A stretch of 64,000 nt of DNA from Candidatus Omnitrophota bacterium (GTDB lineage Bacteria; Omnitrophota; Gorgyraeia; JAHIPI01). The stretch is from assembly GCA_016783745.1 (NCBI GenBank), contig JADHVZ010000003.1, positions 7,112-71,111 of the forward strand, in the 5' to 3' direction. The translations under genes and the position numbers were made by a program. Positions within the stretch are counted from its first letter, which is position 1. Every line of letters starts with the position of its first letter. The notes beneath the pieces were generated by a model. It worked only from the letters and a program-made list of their open reading frames with translations. It ran no database searches and had not been told where the DNA came from. Shown here one piece after another: positions 40,369 through 50,720 of this stretch.

Positions 40369-43300
40369 ATGAAGCGGATACGTAATAAGATATTGCTACT
40401 AATGGCGATAATAAGTATCGCAGTAGGAATTTCTCTGCCTGCTATGGCAGCAATATTGTCTCCCGCTGTTGCGCTGAGCTATAGCACAGGCCAGGATGAT
40501 CCGCTTGATTTGGAGATCTCCCATGACCGCGCCTATATTGCCGCTGGTGACTCAGGTATCCATATCGTAAATACTAATAATTTGCGTCTCATAAGTATTA
40601 TTAGCACTAAAGGATCTGCCGAAGCCGTGTTCGTCAATGGCGGATACGCCTATGTTGCGTGCGGCGAGGCCGGATTGGAGATAATAGATCTTCAAAGTCC
40701 GCACCTGGAGCATGTAATTAGCGATACGCCGGGTTACGCGAAGGATATCTCCGTTTATGGCGATTACGCATATGTCGCTGATGCCTACGCGGGTCTTCAG
40801 ATAATCGACGTCTCCGACAAAAAAAATCCTGTTCTCGTGAGGGAGTTTTTCTATGACGATAATGATCAAACAGTTGAGCGGGCTACAAGGCACATGAAAG
40901 ACACTGAAGTGTGCGGTGTATTTGTTTCGTGGCCTTATGTTTACCTGGTGGTCCAAAATACCGGAAATGAAGCAAAGTTCGGAGGCGGCCTGAGGGTGCT
41001 TGGAGTAACAGATCCTCTTGCTGTCGAATTGAGCGTTTTAAATCCGGATGAGGCCGTACCGGATGTTTATTCTGTGCGTGGCCGGGCTACAAGCGTATAT
41101 GTCATAAATAATACAGCCTACCTCACTTCCTATGATCCTTCGAACGGGACTTCTTTTCTTCGCCGGATAGACGTAAGCGATCCTTCTGCGCCTTCGCGAC
41201 CCTCATCGCAGCCCTATGAGTTTCCGGTAAACGGTAACGCTATGGATGTGTATGTTATAGATTCTACGGCATATGTGGCAGCCTATCACGGAGGCCTTCA
41301 CATAATCGGCACAAGTGCATCAGGCTTAATTGATATTATTAAAACCGAAGGATCGGCCATAAGCGTACGCATAGTCGATGATATGCCCTATGTTTGCCAG
41401 GGGGCAGCCGGCAGCTTTGCCGGGCTTATAGCGTACGGACAAGCCGGCACAGGAGACCTTAACGCGGATTCCGAAGTAGATCTCGAGGATTACGCTATCT
41501 TAGCCGATTCATGGCAAAAAAATGCGGTGGATATGTATTTTAACCCTGCCGCGGACATAGATAAAGACGGTGATGTGGATATAGCTGACTACAAAATATT
41601 TATCATCGCGCTCAGGGGATCCAATCCGAACGACCTCGGAGATTTTAACGGAGATGGACTGGTCAATCTGGCAGATGCGGAATATTTTTCAGTTTCGTTC
41701 GAGAAGGGTATAGGCATGCCGGACTTTAATCCTTACGCGGATCTTGACGAAGATCCTGACGGAATGGTGCTGGGCTCTGATTCCGCCATATTTATAGAAT
41801 ACTGGAGGCCAAAACAGCCGCAGGATTTCAGCATGGAAGCGTATTCTTCGAGTGAAGTGTTATATTCCTGGAGCGAGGTACCTAACGCGGATTATTATAC
41901 GCCTAAGGTCATGGATGAGGCCGGGCAATTTAAAGCGCTGCTGGACGAAAACGGTAAAAAAATTACAGTTCCTCACGGGCAGACGACCTATCTTCTGGAT
42001 GGGCTGGATCCTTCGACTGATGTACTTGGCGTAGTAACCGCGGAAAACGGCGGTGGTGAATCAGCGGATTCGTACCCTGCGGGTACGCGAACAGCTGCCC
42101 TGACAAATATGCCTCCTGTGATATCGGATGCCTTGCCTGCCCATAAAGCGATCGTGCAGGGAAAGGATTCATTTGAGCCTATCGACCTTAAGCAATATGT
42201 AGTTGACGATAATACCGAAGCCGCTGATATAATCTGGGAACCCAGGTCGGATTCATTTTCTTCGGTGCTTAATGTTTCCATAGATGACGATAACATCGCC
42301 ATAGTCAGCCTGAACAATACCGGTTTTACCGGTTCCGAGACTATAGAGCTTACCGCGATAGATGACGATCACCTGGAGTCAGAACCAAGGCAGATCACCT
42401 TCACTATCGGCACTTTAGATGCCGATTCAAGCGCGATTCAGGCCTTGATCGGTGAAGCTCAGATAAATGATGTTGTGGATGTGCCGGCCGGCATATATAC
42501 ATTTAGCTCAAACCTTCTTATAGAGCAAAATATACATTTGAGGGGCACGGGAGCCGATAGCACTATTTTTGAACTTGGCGACTATTGTATAGATATTATG
42601 ATGCCTCAAGGCTACGACGGTTTTTATACTTATAGAACCCCAGGAAGAATTAATCCTTTGACTAATGTGACCCTGGAAGGCATAACGATAAGAGGCGGGA
42701 GAAGGTGTCCTTCCGAATCCAGGAGATGGGTCCAGGAAGGTTATGGTATGACTGGTTACGGCGGAGGCCACTGGGAGACTATAAAATATCCGTACGGCAA
42801 GGCCCCTGTACACAACTATTCAAGAAAACTTACTGTTTATAATTGTAAGATCATAGACAACAGGGGGAAGAAGGCGTCAGCCATATACACAGGAGTGAAC
42901 ACACAGCTTGATATAATAAACAGCCTTATTTATGATAATGAACACCCGCCGTCTTCGATCACTGTGAGAGCAAGAAGAGGAAACGAAAGCCGGCCATTGA
43001 TGCAGAGGTTGGACGGAGCGATTTATGTAGATAGATATGCTAAACTTAGAGTAGTCAGCTCCACTATAGCGGGCAACGGCGATGGGCTGGGCTATAATAA
43101 CAGACTCTACGGGGCAATAGCTAAGGACATGTATGCGACCGTATCTATAGTGAACTCCATTCTGTGGGGCAACGGAACAAGGGGGCAGGAACTTTCCTGC
43201 GACAAGTGGAGCATGCCGGGAGTCCATATTGGTAAGACTGTTTTAGACCCTGATTTTGACATCAACGGAAGGCTGGATGATTTTTGCACAAAAGACAGGA

Positions 43301-43389
43301 TATACAGCGTAAATCCGCCGTTTATAGACGGCAGCATGAACACAAGAGATGACTGGTATAGTTCATACGGCGCCGGCTCAAGATTCTAA
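40369..43389 (+). CDS. Large secreted protein: LVIVD beta-propeller repeats, three dockerin-like Ca-binding repeats, and a C-terminal parallel beta-helix region
   Basis: Signal peptide. Repeated AY(I/V)AxgxxGLxIIDxS LVIVD motifs. DxDxDGxVDxxD dockerin-like loops at ~41.4-41.7 kb. NSLIYDNE/NSILWGNG PbH1-like turns. Confidence 0.6.
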   Translation: MKRIRNKILLLMAIISIAVGISLPAMAAILSPAVALSYSTGQDDPLDLEISHDRAYIAAGDSGIHIVNTNNLRLISIISTKGSAEAVFVNGGYAYVACGEAGLEIIDLQSPHLEHVISDTPGYAKDISVYGDYAYVADAYAGLQIIDVSDKKNPVLVREFFYDDNDQTVERATRHMKDTEVCGVFVSWPYVYLVVQNTGNEAKFGGGLRVLGVTDPLAVELSVLNPDEAVPDVYSVRGRATSVYVINNTAYLTSYDPSNGTSFLRRIDVSDPSAPSRPSSQPYEFPVNGNAMDVYVIDSTAYVAAYHGGLHIIGTSASGLIDIIKTEGSAISVRIVDDMPYVCQGAAGSFAGLIAYGQAGTGDLNADSEVDLEDYAILADSWQKNAVDMYFNPAADIDKDGDVDIADYKIFIIALRGSNPNDLGDFNGDGLVNLADAEYFSVSFEKGIGMPDFNPYADLDEDPDGMVLGSDSAIFIEYWRPKQPQDFSMEAYSSSEVLYSWSEVPNADYYTPKVMDEAGQFKALLDENGKKITVPHGQTTYLLDGLDPSTDVLGVVTAENGGGESADSYPAGTRTAALTNMPPVISDALPAHKAIVQGKDSFEPIDLKQYVVDDNTEAADIIWEPRSDSFSSVLNVSIDDDNIAIVSLNNTGFTGSETIELTAIDDDHLESEPRQITFTIGTLDADSSAIQALIGEAQINDVVDVPAGIYTFSSNLLIEQNIHLRGTGADSTIFELGDYCIDIMMPQGYDGFYTYRTPGRINPLTNVTLEGITIRGGRRCPSESRRWVQEGYGMTGYGGGHWETIKYPYGKAPVHNYSRKLTVYNCKIIDNRGKKASAIYTGVNTQLDIINSLIYDNEHPPSSITVRARRGNESRPLMQRLDGAIYVDRYAKLRVVSSTIAGNGDGLGYNNRLYGAIAKDMYATVSIVNSILWGNGTRGQELSCDKWSMPGVHIGKTVLDPDFDINGRLDDFCTKDRIYSVNPPFIDGSMNTRDDWYSSYGAGSRF

Positions 43390-43393
43390 TCAT

Positions 43394-44506
43394 TTATTTA
43401 TGCCGGACTATAAGAGCAAGCCCTATAAACGCGAAAATTATATTGGTCAGCCACGCGCATAAAAAGGGATGAAGAAAACCCGCCTTTCCCATAGCGAGTG
43501 AGACCGTCATGACAGTGTAGTAAGCAAGTACAAGCCCCACGCTAATAGCAATCCCGAATAAAACGCCGCCTTTTCTTGTGTGAACCAACGCGAAAGGCGA
43601 GGCGATCATTATCACTATCAGGCTTACAAAAGGAAACGCGATCTTCTGATTGAGCGCGACTTTTAAGCCGCGTATGGTGGGACCCTTCTCAAAAGATAGC
43701 CGCTTAATATATTCCTTTAATTCCGCATAGCTCATAAACTCAAAGCTCATAAAATTGGACTGATGCCGTCTCTTTTTGAAATCAATGGGAGCTTCTTCTA
43801 TATCAAGCACTGTTTCTTCAAAGAACATAGGCTCTCCGACAATGCGCCCATCAGGATTGAGATTGTAAAACATGACGTCTTCCCCGATCCATTTTTCCTT
43901 TTTCCACTCGGCAGCGCGAGCAGTCATCTTTGAGACCACATTTTGATTTGCGTCCTGATTGTGCACGATAAGCTCCATGATCCTGTTGTTATATGTATTG
44001 AACTTCCTTACATATATGATCTTATTGCCGTCGCCGTAAAAAGCTATGTTTTCATATATTTTTTCGATCTTTTTTTTATTTCGCTTTGCTGCCTCAAACT
44101 TTTCTTCCTTGATAGTGGACGCGTTAATAGTGGCTTGAGGCACAACCCTGTCGTTTATAAGAAAAATAGAGACGCTGATTATGAAGCCCGAGGCGATAAG
44201 CGGGGTAAGGATGCGCAGCAGGCTTATGCCGCTTGCCTGCATAGCGACTATCTCATTATACCTGTTAAGGGTTCCCATGGAAAACATTATCGATATCATG
44301 ACCGCTATGGGCGCCATTTGAACGATGATGAGCGGTATGAAATTCAGATAGTAGGGTAGTAAGAAACGCAGGTCTATTTTATTCTCTATCATCTCATTCA
44401 GATTATCAAGTAGATCTATCACCACGTATAGCATGACAAAGACAAGAAGGCAGAAGAGGAATGGGCGGATAAAGTGCCTTAGCAGATATCTGTCTATTAT
44501 CCTCAT
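43394..44506 (-). CDS. lptG: LPS export ABC permease, LptF/LptG family (second gene of the pair)
   Basis: YjgP/YjgQ family N-terminus MRIIDRYLLRHFIRPF, six transmembrane helices, periplasmic beta-jellyroll insert. Confidence 0.7.
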   Translation of the reverse strand: MRIIDRYLLRHFIRPFLFCLLVFVMLYVVIDLLDNLNEMIENKIDLRFLLPYYLNFIPLIIVQMAPIAVMISIMFSMGTLNRYNEIVAMQASGISLLRILTPLIASGFIISVSIFLINDRVVPQATINASTIKEEKFEAAKRNKKKIEKIYENIAFYGDGNKIIYVRKFNTYNNRIMELIVHNQDANQNVVSKMTARAAEWKKEKWIGEDVMFYNLNPDGRIVGEPMFFEETVLDIEEAPIDFKKRRHQSNFMSFEFMSYAELKEYIKRLSFEKGPTIRGLKVALNQKIAFPFVSLIVIMIASPFALVHTRKGGVLFGIAISVGLVLAYYTVMTVSLAMGKAGFLHPFLCAWLTNIIFAFIGLALIVRHK

Positions 44507-45610
44507 TTATTTTCTCACAGTGATATGCATCAGGATCACCCCGATGGATATTAGTATGATATTAGCGAACCACATAGCGAGCCAGATCGGGATAATATTT
44601 TTTGTGGCAAGTATTTGCCCGAAAGCGAGCAACAGCCAGTATGCTGTAGCCAGGACGAAAGCAAGCCCTATGCCTATGGATTTTTCGCTTCTGCGCGTGG
44701 TTATGGCCAGAGGTATCCCTATAAGGACAAACGCGAAGCTCGCAAAGGAACTCGCTATCCTTTTATGGAGCCTCCTGATAAGAGGCTGGGGATCGATGCC
44801 TTTCTTTTTAAGCTTCTCGGCGTTGGCAAGAAGCTCGTCAAAAGTCATCTCCTTGTTTTTCTTACCGTGTTCCCGCATAGTGGAATCATCCAGAGTGAGC
44901 GTGAGGTAATATGTCCTGAAATTTAATTTATAAAAATGGCTGGGGTTCATGGGATTAGGCTCATCGCTGGTCCCGTCCATCAGCTTCAGCTTAATGGTGT
45001 TCTTATCCGCGAGCGATACGAGCTCGCCTCTTTTAGCGATTATTGTCCTTGTAGGTCCATTCTTCTGCGGCTGGTATATCCTTACATTTTTAAAGAAGGT
45101 CTTATTCTTATCGAATTTAATATCGTAAATGAAAAGTATGTAATCTTTGAACCCCTTTATGAATGTCCCCGCTTCCAGATAAGCGGCCGGATGGCGTAGG
45201 CCGACTTCCTTTAGCAGGATCCTTGCTCTATAATGAGCGGCCGGGACTATTTTATCGTTTAAGGGGATAGACATCACACTCAAGAGGAGGCCTATTATTA
45301 TGGCGGGCATCGATATTTTGTAAAGATTGATCCCGTTTGCCCGCATGGCAATGATCTCATTATCACTTGACAGTCTGCCAAAAGCGAGTAATACCGAAGT
45401 CAGGGCGCTCATAGGTACCGCAAAACTCAAAAGGCGTGGGATAAGATAAACAAAAAGCCGGCCCACATAGATAAGCTCGACACCTTTATTGATGACAAAA
45501 TCGGCCAGTTTTACGATGTTGCCTATAACAAAGGCAAATGTGATCACCGCGAGGGATAGTATAAGCGGCCCGAGTATTTCTTTTAAAACATAATTTCTTA
45601 AGATTCTCAT
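44507..45610 (-). CDS. lptF: LPS export ABC permease, LptF/LptG family (first gene of the pair)
   Basis: MRILRNYVLKEILGPL N-terminus, same architecture. Adjacent with no gap to the paralog. Confidence 0.7.
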   Translation of the reverse strand: MRILRNYVLKEILGPLILSLAVITFAFVIGNIVKLADFVINKGVELIYVGRLFVYLIPRLLSFAVPMSALTSVLLAFGRLSSDNEIIAMRANGINLYKISMPAIIIGLLLSVMSIPLNDKIVPAAHYRARILLKEVGLRHPAAYLEAGTFIKGFKDYILFIYDIKFDKNKTFFKNVRIYQPQKNGPTRTIIAKRGELVSLADKNTIKLKLMDGTSDEPNPMNPSHFYKLNFRTYYLTLTLDDSTMREHGKKNKEMTFDELLANAEKLKKKGIDPQPLIRRLHKRIASSFASFAFVLIGIPLAITTRRSEKSIGIGLAFVLATAYWLLLAFGQILATKNIIPIWLAMWFANIILISIGVILMHITVRK

Positions 45611-45618
45611 AGCCCTGC

Positions 45619-46332
45619 CTATTGACTTATCGCAAGCGTAAATACATCTACGGAATTTGCTCCGGCCTTTTTAAGCACTCTGGAGCATTCACTGGCTGTC
45701 GCTCCGGTAGTGAAGACATCATCGACAAGCAATACCGAAGCGCCTTTCAGCTGAGACGGGTTTTTGACTTTAAATGCGCCCCTGATGTCATCGAATCTCT
45801 TTTTTTTATGTAGTTTTATTTGAGGTCTCCCGAAGCGTACGCGCTCGAGATTACCTTTTAGCGTCGGTATAGCGAATTTACGAGAAAGATAAGCCGATAA
45901 TATGGCGGACTGATTAAAGGTCCTTTCTCTATGTTTTACCTTATGAAGCGGAACAGGTACGATCCAGTTATAACGCCGCATGTCAATATTGCGCTCGGCA
46001 AATCCTGCCATCAGCTCTCCGAACAATCTTTCGAAAGCGAGCCTTGCCGAGTATTTAAACCTGTGTATACACTCACGTATGGATCCGTCATAAGTAGAGA
46101 CGAAATACGCGGTGTCAAAATAATACTGCTGGGCTCCGTAGCGTTTGCAGAATGGCGGATCATTTAACTTTATATTGCCCATGCAGCAAGGGCATAAAAT
46201 ACTATTGCTTGAGAGATCAAGGCCCTTTCCGCATAACTGGCAGCGCGGAGGATATATAAGACCCATTATACCTTTCGCGATCACGCTTGACGGCCTGGCT
46301 GTTGAAATTTTCATTAGGGAATATAATACCAT
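45619..46332 (-). CDS. comF: ComF-family protein (phosphoribosyltransferase domain with N-terminal zinc ribbon)
   Basis: CxxC...CxxC N-terminus and PRTase motif VLLVDDVFTTGAT. Confidence 0.65.
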   Translation of the reverse strand: MVLYSLMKISTARPSSVIAKGIMGLIYPPRCQLCGKGLDLSSNSILCPCCMGNIKLNDPPFCKRYGAQQYYFDTAYFVSTYDGSIRECIHRFKYSARLAFERLFGELMAGFAERNIDMRRYNWIVPVPLHKVKHRERTFNQSAILSAYLSRKFAIPTLKGNLERVRFGRPQIKLHKKKRFDDIRGAFKVKNPSQLKGASVLLVDDVFTTGATASECSRVLKKAGANSVDVFTLAISQ

Positions 46333-46445
46333 GTGAAGAGCGGTTTGTCAATGTGGCGAAAGGCCGGCCTCGCGATTTGCTTTTCCCCCCTCAGTATGAT
46401 ATAATTTCAATAGTATAATTAACAACAAATTATATTAATGCGCTG

Positions 46446-48488
46446 ATGGTAAATCCTCTAAAAAAAGTAAAGCGGCTTTTCCAGAAGACAAAGAGCGTAA
46501 AGCTTTCATCGCCGGCCAAAGACTCTATTCTGGCTCTTATTGTCGGGATAATAGTCGCTGCTGCCGCGGTACTCGGCATTATCCGTAAATTCGAGTTCAT
46601 ATACCTGGATAATATGTTCAGGTTAAGGGGCGAGGGTGCGGTTAATGAGAATATTATCATCGTTGGCATAGACGATAAGTCGCTTGAGATCCTTGGAAGG
46701 TGGCCGTGGCCCAGGGAATATCACGCGAGCTTTCTTCAGATCATAAACCAGTATGATCCCAGATTTGTGATATTTGATATACTTTTTCCGGAGACGGATC
46801 CGGGGGGTGACGCCGCTTTAGCTTCCGTAGCTCAAGAGGCAAAAAATCTGTATCTGGCATCTTATTTTGTTCTTCGGGAAGGCTCAGAAAGCCTTCCTCC
46901 GGAAGTCGATCGTAATGTCCCCAAGCTGCCTTACCTTAGTTATGACCCGGCTGACAAGGACGAGTTTGTAGAAGCCACTGAAATAACCCTGCCCGTAAAA
47001 CGCCTTGAGGAGGCGGCAAAAAGTTCAACCGTAATAAACGCGCCGCATGATATTGACGGCGCTATCCGGCACGTACTCCTTGTCATAGAGTTTAACGGCA
47101 AGGTCTATCCTACGGTAAGCCTTCAGCTGGCGTGTGATTATCTGGATGTCAATATAAGCGATGTAAGGCTTGAGTCCGGTTCTGTCATATTGCCTCTAAA
47201 AGAAGGTGATATACGTATTCCTATAGACTCACAAGGAAGGATGGTCCTGAATTTCAAAGGGCCTATTACGGTTTTTAAGCAGTATTCTTTTATCCAGATC
47301 TTACACGATTACAATAGGGCTTTAAAGGACGGGAGAGAAAGCATCCTTGAGAATTTCAGAGACAAGATAGTTTTTGTGGGGCAGACGGCCACGGGAAGCG
47401 TTGATCTGCGCATAATGCCGTTTTCTAATCTTTATCCGGCCGTTGGTGTTCATGCGACCGCGCTGGGCAATATTCTTGATAGAGACCTCATGCGCAAAAC
47501 CCCTCTTACCGGGAACATATTCATTATAATATTATCAAGCCTTGCGCTCGGATTGTCCCTGAAGAAGGGGAGAAAACTGCTTACTAATCTGGGATTGATG
47601 CTGGGGTTGTTTTTGTCTTTTGCCGCTTTCAGTTTTATTTTATTTTCGTTTTTCAGGATATGGATCTACACGTTTTCTCCGCTGCTGGCGATCCTGTTGA
47701 CCTATGTGGCTGTTTCCATAAGCCATTTTGAAGCCGTCCGGTACGAAAAAAAGATACTGGAAAACGAGCTTATGATAGCCATGACCATACAGCAAAGCTT
47801 TTTGCCGAAGACCTTTCCTGCGGTCCCGTTCTTAGAGTTTGCCGCAAGATGTGATTCAGCCAAACACGTAGGAGGAGACCTGTACGATTTTGTGAAACTC
47901 GAAGGCGATAAGATAGGAATAGCCATTGGCGATGTCTCCGGTAAGGGCGTGCCCGCGGCTTTATATATGGCGCGCGCGATAAGTGAACTGAGATCTGTCT
48001 CGCGCACGGTGAGCGACGCTGCCGAGACATTGAAGACTATAAACAATATCTTCTCGACGGAAGGCATGGAGAAGTCTTTCATAACCATGCAGTACCTTAC
48101 CTTCGACATGTCGAAAAAGAATAAGACCGTATTCTCTAACGGCGGACATAATACATTGCTGCATTTTATAAAGGAAAAGAATAAGGTGGAGGAGATCGAC
48201 ACCGAGGGCGGTATGCCTATAGGCGTTATGGACGGAATAGATTTTGATAATAAAGAGATAAGCTTCGCACGGGGGGATATTTTATTTTTATATTCGGACG
48301 GCATATCAGAGGCCATGGATAAGCGGCGCCGGCAGTTCGGCATTGAGAGGATGATAAAGATCATAATCGATAATTCGCATATGAACGCCGAGAAGATCAT
48401 GTCGAAGATGTATGATGAGGTAGCGGTATTTTCAAAAGGCGTTCCTCAGCACGATGACATGACCGTGGTCATAATAAAAGCTATTTAA
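46446..48488 (+). CDS. CHASE2 sensor domain - PP2C/SpoIIE-type serine phosphatase (RsbU-like)
   Basis: N-terminal CHASE2 (IVGIDDKSLEILGRWPWPR), transmembrane helices, C-terminal PP2C (GGDLYDF...IGDVSGKGVPAALYM...YSDGISEA). Confidence 0.7.
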   Translation: MVNPLKKVKRLFQKTKSVKLSSPAKDSILALIVGIIVAAAAVLGIIRKFEFIYLDNMFRLRGEGAVNENIIIVGIDDKSLEILGRWPWPREYHASFLQIINQYDPRFVIFDILFPETDPGGDAALASVAQEAKNLYLASYFVLREGSESLPPEVDRNVPKLPYLSYDPADKDEFVEATEITLPVKRLEEAAKSSTVINAPHDIDGAIRHVLLVIEFNGKVYPTVSLQLACDYLDVNISDVRLESGSVILPLKEGDIRIPIDSQGRMVLNFKGPITVFKQYSFIQILHDYNRALKDGRESILENFRDKIVFVGQTATGSVDLRIMPFSNLYPAVGVHATALGNILDRDLMRKTPLTGNIFIIILSSLALGLSLKKGRKLLTNLGLMLGLFLSFAAFSFILFSFFRIWIYTFSPLLAILLTYVAVSISHFEAVRYEKKILENELMIAMTIQQSFLPKTFPAVPFLEFAARCDSAKHVGGDLYDFVKLEGDKIGIAIGDVSGKGVPAALYMARAISELRSVSRTVSDAAETLKTINNIFSTEGMEKSFITMQYLTFDMSKKNKTVFSNGGHNTLLHFIKEKNKVEEIDTEGGMPIGVMDGIDFDNKEISFARGDILFLYSDGISEAMDKRRRQFGIERMIKIIIDNSHMNAEKIMSKMYDEVAVFSKGVPQHDDMTVVIIKAI

Positions 48489-48500
48489 CAGGAGGGTACC

Positions 48501-49064
48501 ATGAGAAGTTTCAGGCCGGGAATTTTAATAGTCGTATCTGTTATATTGTCGCTATCAGCCGGCTGCGCAAGGCAGCCGAGATCCGAAAAGGTGGTAGCGA
48601 CGGTAAATGACTACAGTATGAGTGTCGAGGATTTTAACTATGAGTCTAAGGAGATATTCCGGATGGGCAAGGTGATAGGCGACACGCCTAATACTAAAGA
48701 GGATATCCTGGACGCTCTTATAGTGAAGCAAATCCTGCTTCAGGAGGCCCAGAGGCAGGACCTGGACAAGGATAAGGAATTTATGAGGAGTATAGAGCTA
48801 TACTGGGAACAGACCTTGCTCAAAAATCTTTTGAGAGGGAAATATGCCGAGCTTCACAAAAAGACGACGGTTTTCGAAGAGGAGATAGTCGAACATTACA
48901 ATCTTCTGGCTCCTGAAGAACGCAGGCCGATGTCTGAGATGAGAGATAGCATAGTAAGGGAGATCAGGTCAGGAAAGGAAAAAAAGCTTCTGGATGAGTG
49001 GATAGGCCAAATGCGGTTAAAATCCCGCATCAGGATAAACAGGGGAGTCTTGAACGAATTGTGA
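48501..49064 (+). CDS. Lipoprotein with SurA N-terminal-like chaperone domain
   Basis: Lipobox LSAGCAR. Composition resembles the SurA_N domain. No PPIase domain. Confidence 0.4.
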   Translation: MRSFRPGILIVVSVILSLSAGCARQPRSEKVVATVNDYSMSVEDFNYESKEIFRMGKVIGDTPNTKEDILDALIVKQILLQEAQRQDLDKDKEFMRSIELYWEQTLLKNLLRGKYAELHKKTTVFEEEIVEHYNLLAPEERRPMSEMRDSIVREIRSGKEKKLLDEWIGQMRLKSRIRINRGVLNEL

Positions 49065-49082
49065 TAAAACAGGGGGTGTAGC

Positions 49083-49685
49083 ATGGCAGCGGCAGATCCG
49101 AAAAACAGGCGCAGAAAGTATTTTATCAAAAAGGAATTCCAGACGAAGTTTATAATATATTTCGTCGTGCCTATCATACTCACGGCATTGATCTCAGCGT
49201 TTATCGTATACCGTTTTTCCAGCCAGGGCACAACGACCGTTTTTGAAAACTCACGGCTTATGATAAAACCGACCTCAGAATATATTGTCCCAGGCTTGAT
49301 ATTGAGCGGACTCTTATCCGCGATCCTGGTCGGCATCGCCACGATGTTTGTGATGTTTTTTCAATCCCATAAAATAGCCGGCCCGTTGTATAAGATGGAG
49401 AGTTCTATTGAAAGGATGGGCTGCGGCGACTTGAGTTTTAATGTACGCCTCAGGAAGGGAGATGCCGTACAGAGGCTTGCTGATGTTTTTAATGTAACGG
49501 CAAAAAATTTAAACAGTATGATAACCGGTGTAAAAAATGAATCCGAGCAGCTTAACACGGCGCTGGCGAGGTTTAAAGAAAGATTGCCGAAGGATCAGGG
49601 CGTGAATATAGGCAATGAGATAAAAAAAATGGAAGACGCCGCCCGGCACCTCAATGAAAGAATAAACGGATTTAAGCTGAGGTAA
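49083..49685 (+). CDS. HAMP-domain membrane protein without an output domain (paralog of 55944..56540)
   Basis: Two transmembrane helices and a HAMP linker (SHKIAGPLYKM...DLSF...AVQRLADVFN), followed by a coiled coil. Confidence 0.5.
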   Translation: MAAADPKNRRRKYFIKKEFQTKFIIYFVVPIILTALISAFIVYRFSSQGTTTVFENSRLMIKPTSEYIVPGLILSGLLSAILVGIATMFVMFFQSHKIAGPLYKMESSIERMGCGDLSFNVRLRKGDAVQRLADVFNVTAKNLNSMITGVKNESEQLNTALARFKERLPKDQGVNIGNEIKKMEDAARHLNERINGFKLR

Positions 49686-49686
49686 G

Positions 49687-50289
49687 ATGGTAAGAGTCAG
49701 GGCACCTTTAATATATATTTTTGTTATATCACTTTCTCTGCTCCTATTGTCTCTCCCGGCATTTGCGCAGCCCTTTGGGGTATACGGCCCTGAGGGTAAC
49801 GTGGAAGACTGGGTGGTAATAGAGTCTTCATATGCGACTATATTTGTGGATAAGGATATCAGGATAAAAGATGTCACGGAAAGGATAGATGTGAGTTTCG
49901 CGAGGTATGATCCCATAGAAAAGCAGCTATTCCTTGACAAGGGTACATCCCCCGAAGAAAAACTGGCGACCAAGATAGATATAATAATAAGGAAGGCTAA
50001 GAAAATACTGGACATGCATCCTCACGATTTTCATGTCAAAATCAGGGTCTATGGGAGTGGGGATGAAATGTGGGATATTTACGAGTATATTTTTAAGGAG
50101 AGAAGGGAATACAAGGCTTTTTATATACATGGATTTGATACTGTATATATACCTGTGGAGTATGTGACTGAATCCATTCTTGCCCACGAACTCGCCCACT
50201 CTATTATAGATACCTACTTTAAAACACTGCCCCCCGAAAAGATCCGAGAGCTCCTTGCCTGCTATGTAGACGTCCATTTAAAAGATTAA
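49687..50289 (+). CDS. Hypothetical secreted protein with a C-terminal HExxH motif
   Basis: Signal peptide. ILAHELAHSIID near the C-terminus. Confidence 0.35.
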   Translation: MVRVRAPLIYIFVISLSLLLLSLPAFAQPFGVYGPEGNVEDWVVIESSYATIFVDKDIRIKDVTERIDVSFARYDPIEKQLFLDKGTSPEEKLATKIDIIIRKAKKILDMHPHDFHVKIRVYGSGDEMWDIYEYIFKERREYKAFYIHGFDTVYIPVEYVTESILAHELAHSIIDTYFKTLPPEKIRELLACYVDVHLKD

Positions 50290-50293
50290 AAGC

Positions 50294-50417
50294 CATAAGG
50301 GGACCATAAGGGGACCATAAGGGGACGTGTCACTTGTGGGACATACCTTTAGGTGTGTCCTCAAGTGACATGTCCCCTTACTATCCTAATGACCTGTCCC
50401 CTTCTCACACGTCCCCT
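50294..50417. repeat. Left direct-repeat element: 3x11-mer (cataaggggac), a 57-bp palindrome (50321-50377), and a GTCCCC micro-repeat tail
   Basis: The 62-bp block 50320-50381 is identical to 51469-51531. The tail at 50387-50417 matches 51570-51600. Confidence 0.6.
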
Positions 50418-50457
50418 AATGAATATGTTAGATATACAAAAGATAGTTTTTGCACTA

Positions 50458-50486
50458 TTGACAAATGCCACTTTGTCATATATACT
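50458..50486 (+). promoter_or_regulatory. Promoter: TTGACA, 17 nt spacer, TATACT
   Basis: Consensus hexamers with ideal spacing. Predicted transcription start ~50493, giving a ~225-nt leader before the PilZ gene. Confidence 0.45.
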
Positions 50487-50535
50487 TTAAATGGAAACAC
50501 AATATTAAGCGATAAGCAAACTGTTTTTTAACATA

Positions 50536-50640
50536 GTTTTTCGTCGAAAAAGGCAAACCATCTGAAAGGGTGGGGCTGCAAAGCCAAGTGCCTAACGCGC
50601 GAATCGCGCTAAGGTCGACTGGCCGCCGAAATGAAAAATT
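50536..50640 (+). ncRNA. Candidate class I c-di-GMP riboswitch (GEMM motif)
   Basis: aggcaaaccatctgaaagggtggggctgcaaagcc...gcctaa closely parallels the Vc2 aptamer core (GGCAAACCAUUCGAAAGAGUGGGACGCAAAGCC...GCCUAA). This includes the GAAA tetraloop hairpin (CCAUCU-GAAA-GGGUGG) and the CAAAGCC receptor region. Confidence 0.55.
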
Positions 50641-50655
50641 TTTTCATTTTTACAG

Positions 50656-50702
50656 CCCCGGATCTCAGATGGCAAAATGCCGTCGCAGATCCGGGGTTTT
50701 TT
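50656..50702 (+). terminator. Intrinsic terminator / expression platform: a 10-bp stem (ccccggatct / agatccgggg) plus T6
   Basis: Perfect GC-rich stem followed by tttttt. The RBS (gaaggag) and ATG of the PilZ gene lie ~15 nt downstream. Confidence 0.6.
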
Positions 50703-50720
50703 ATTTGAAGGAGCACAGCG

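Noticed and set aside
50334-50531. 65-aa ORF across the left repeat and the riboswitch promoter
   Set aside because: It overlaps the palindromic repeat and the promoter hexamers and has no RBS. It is more parsimoniously non-coding.
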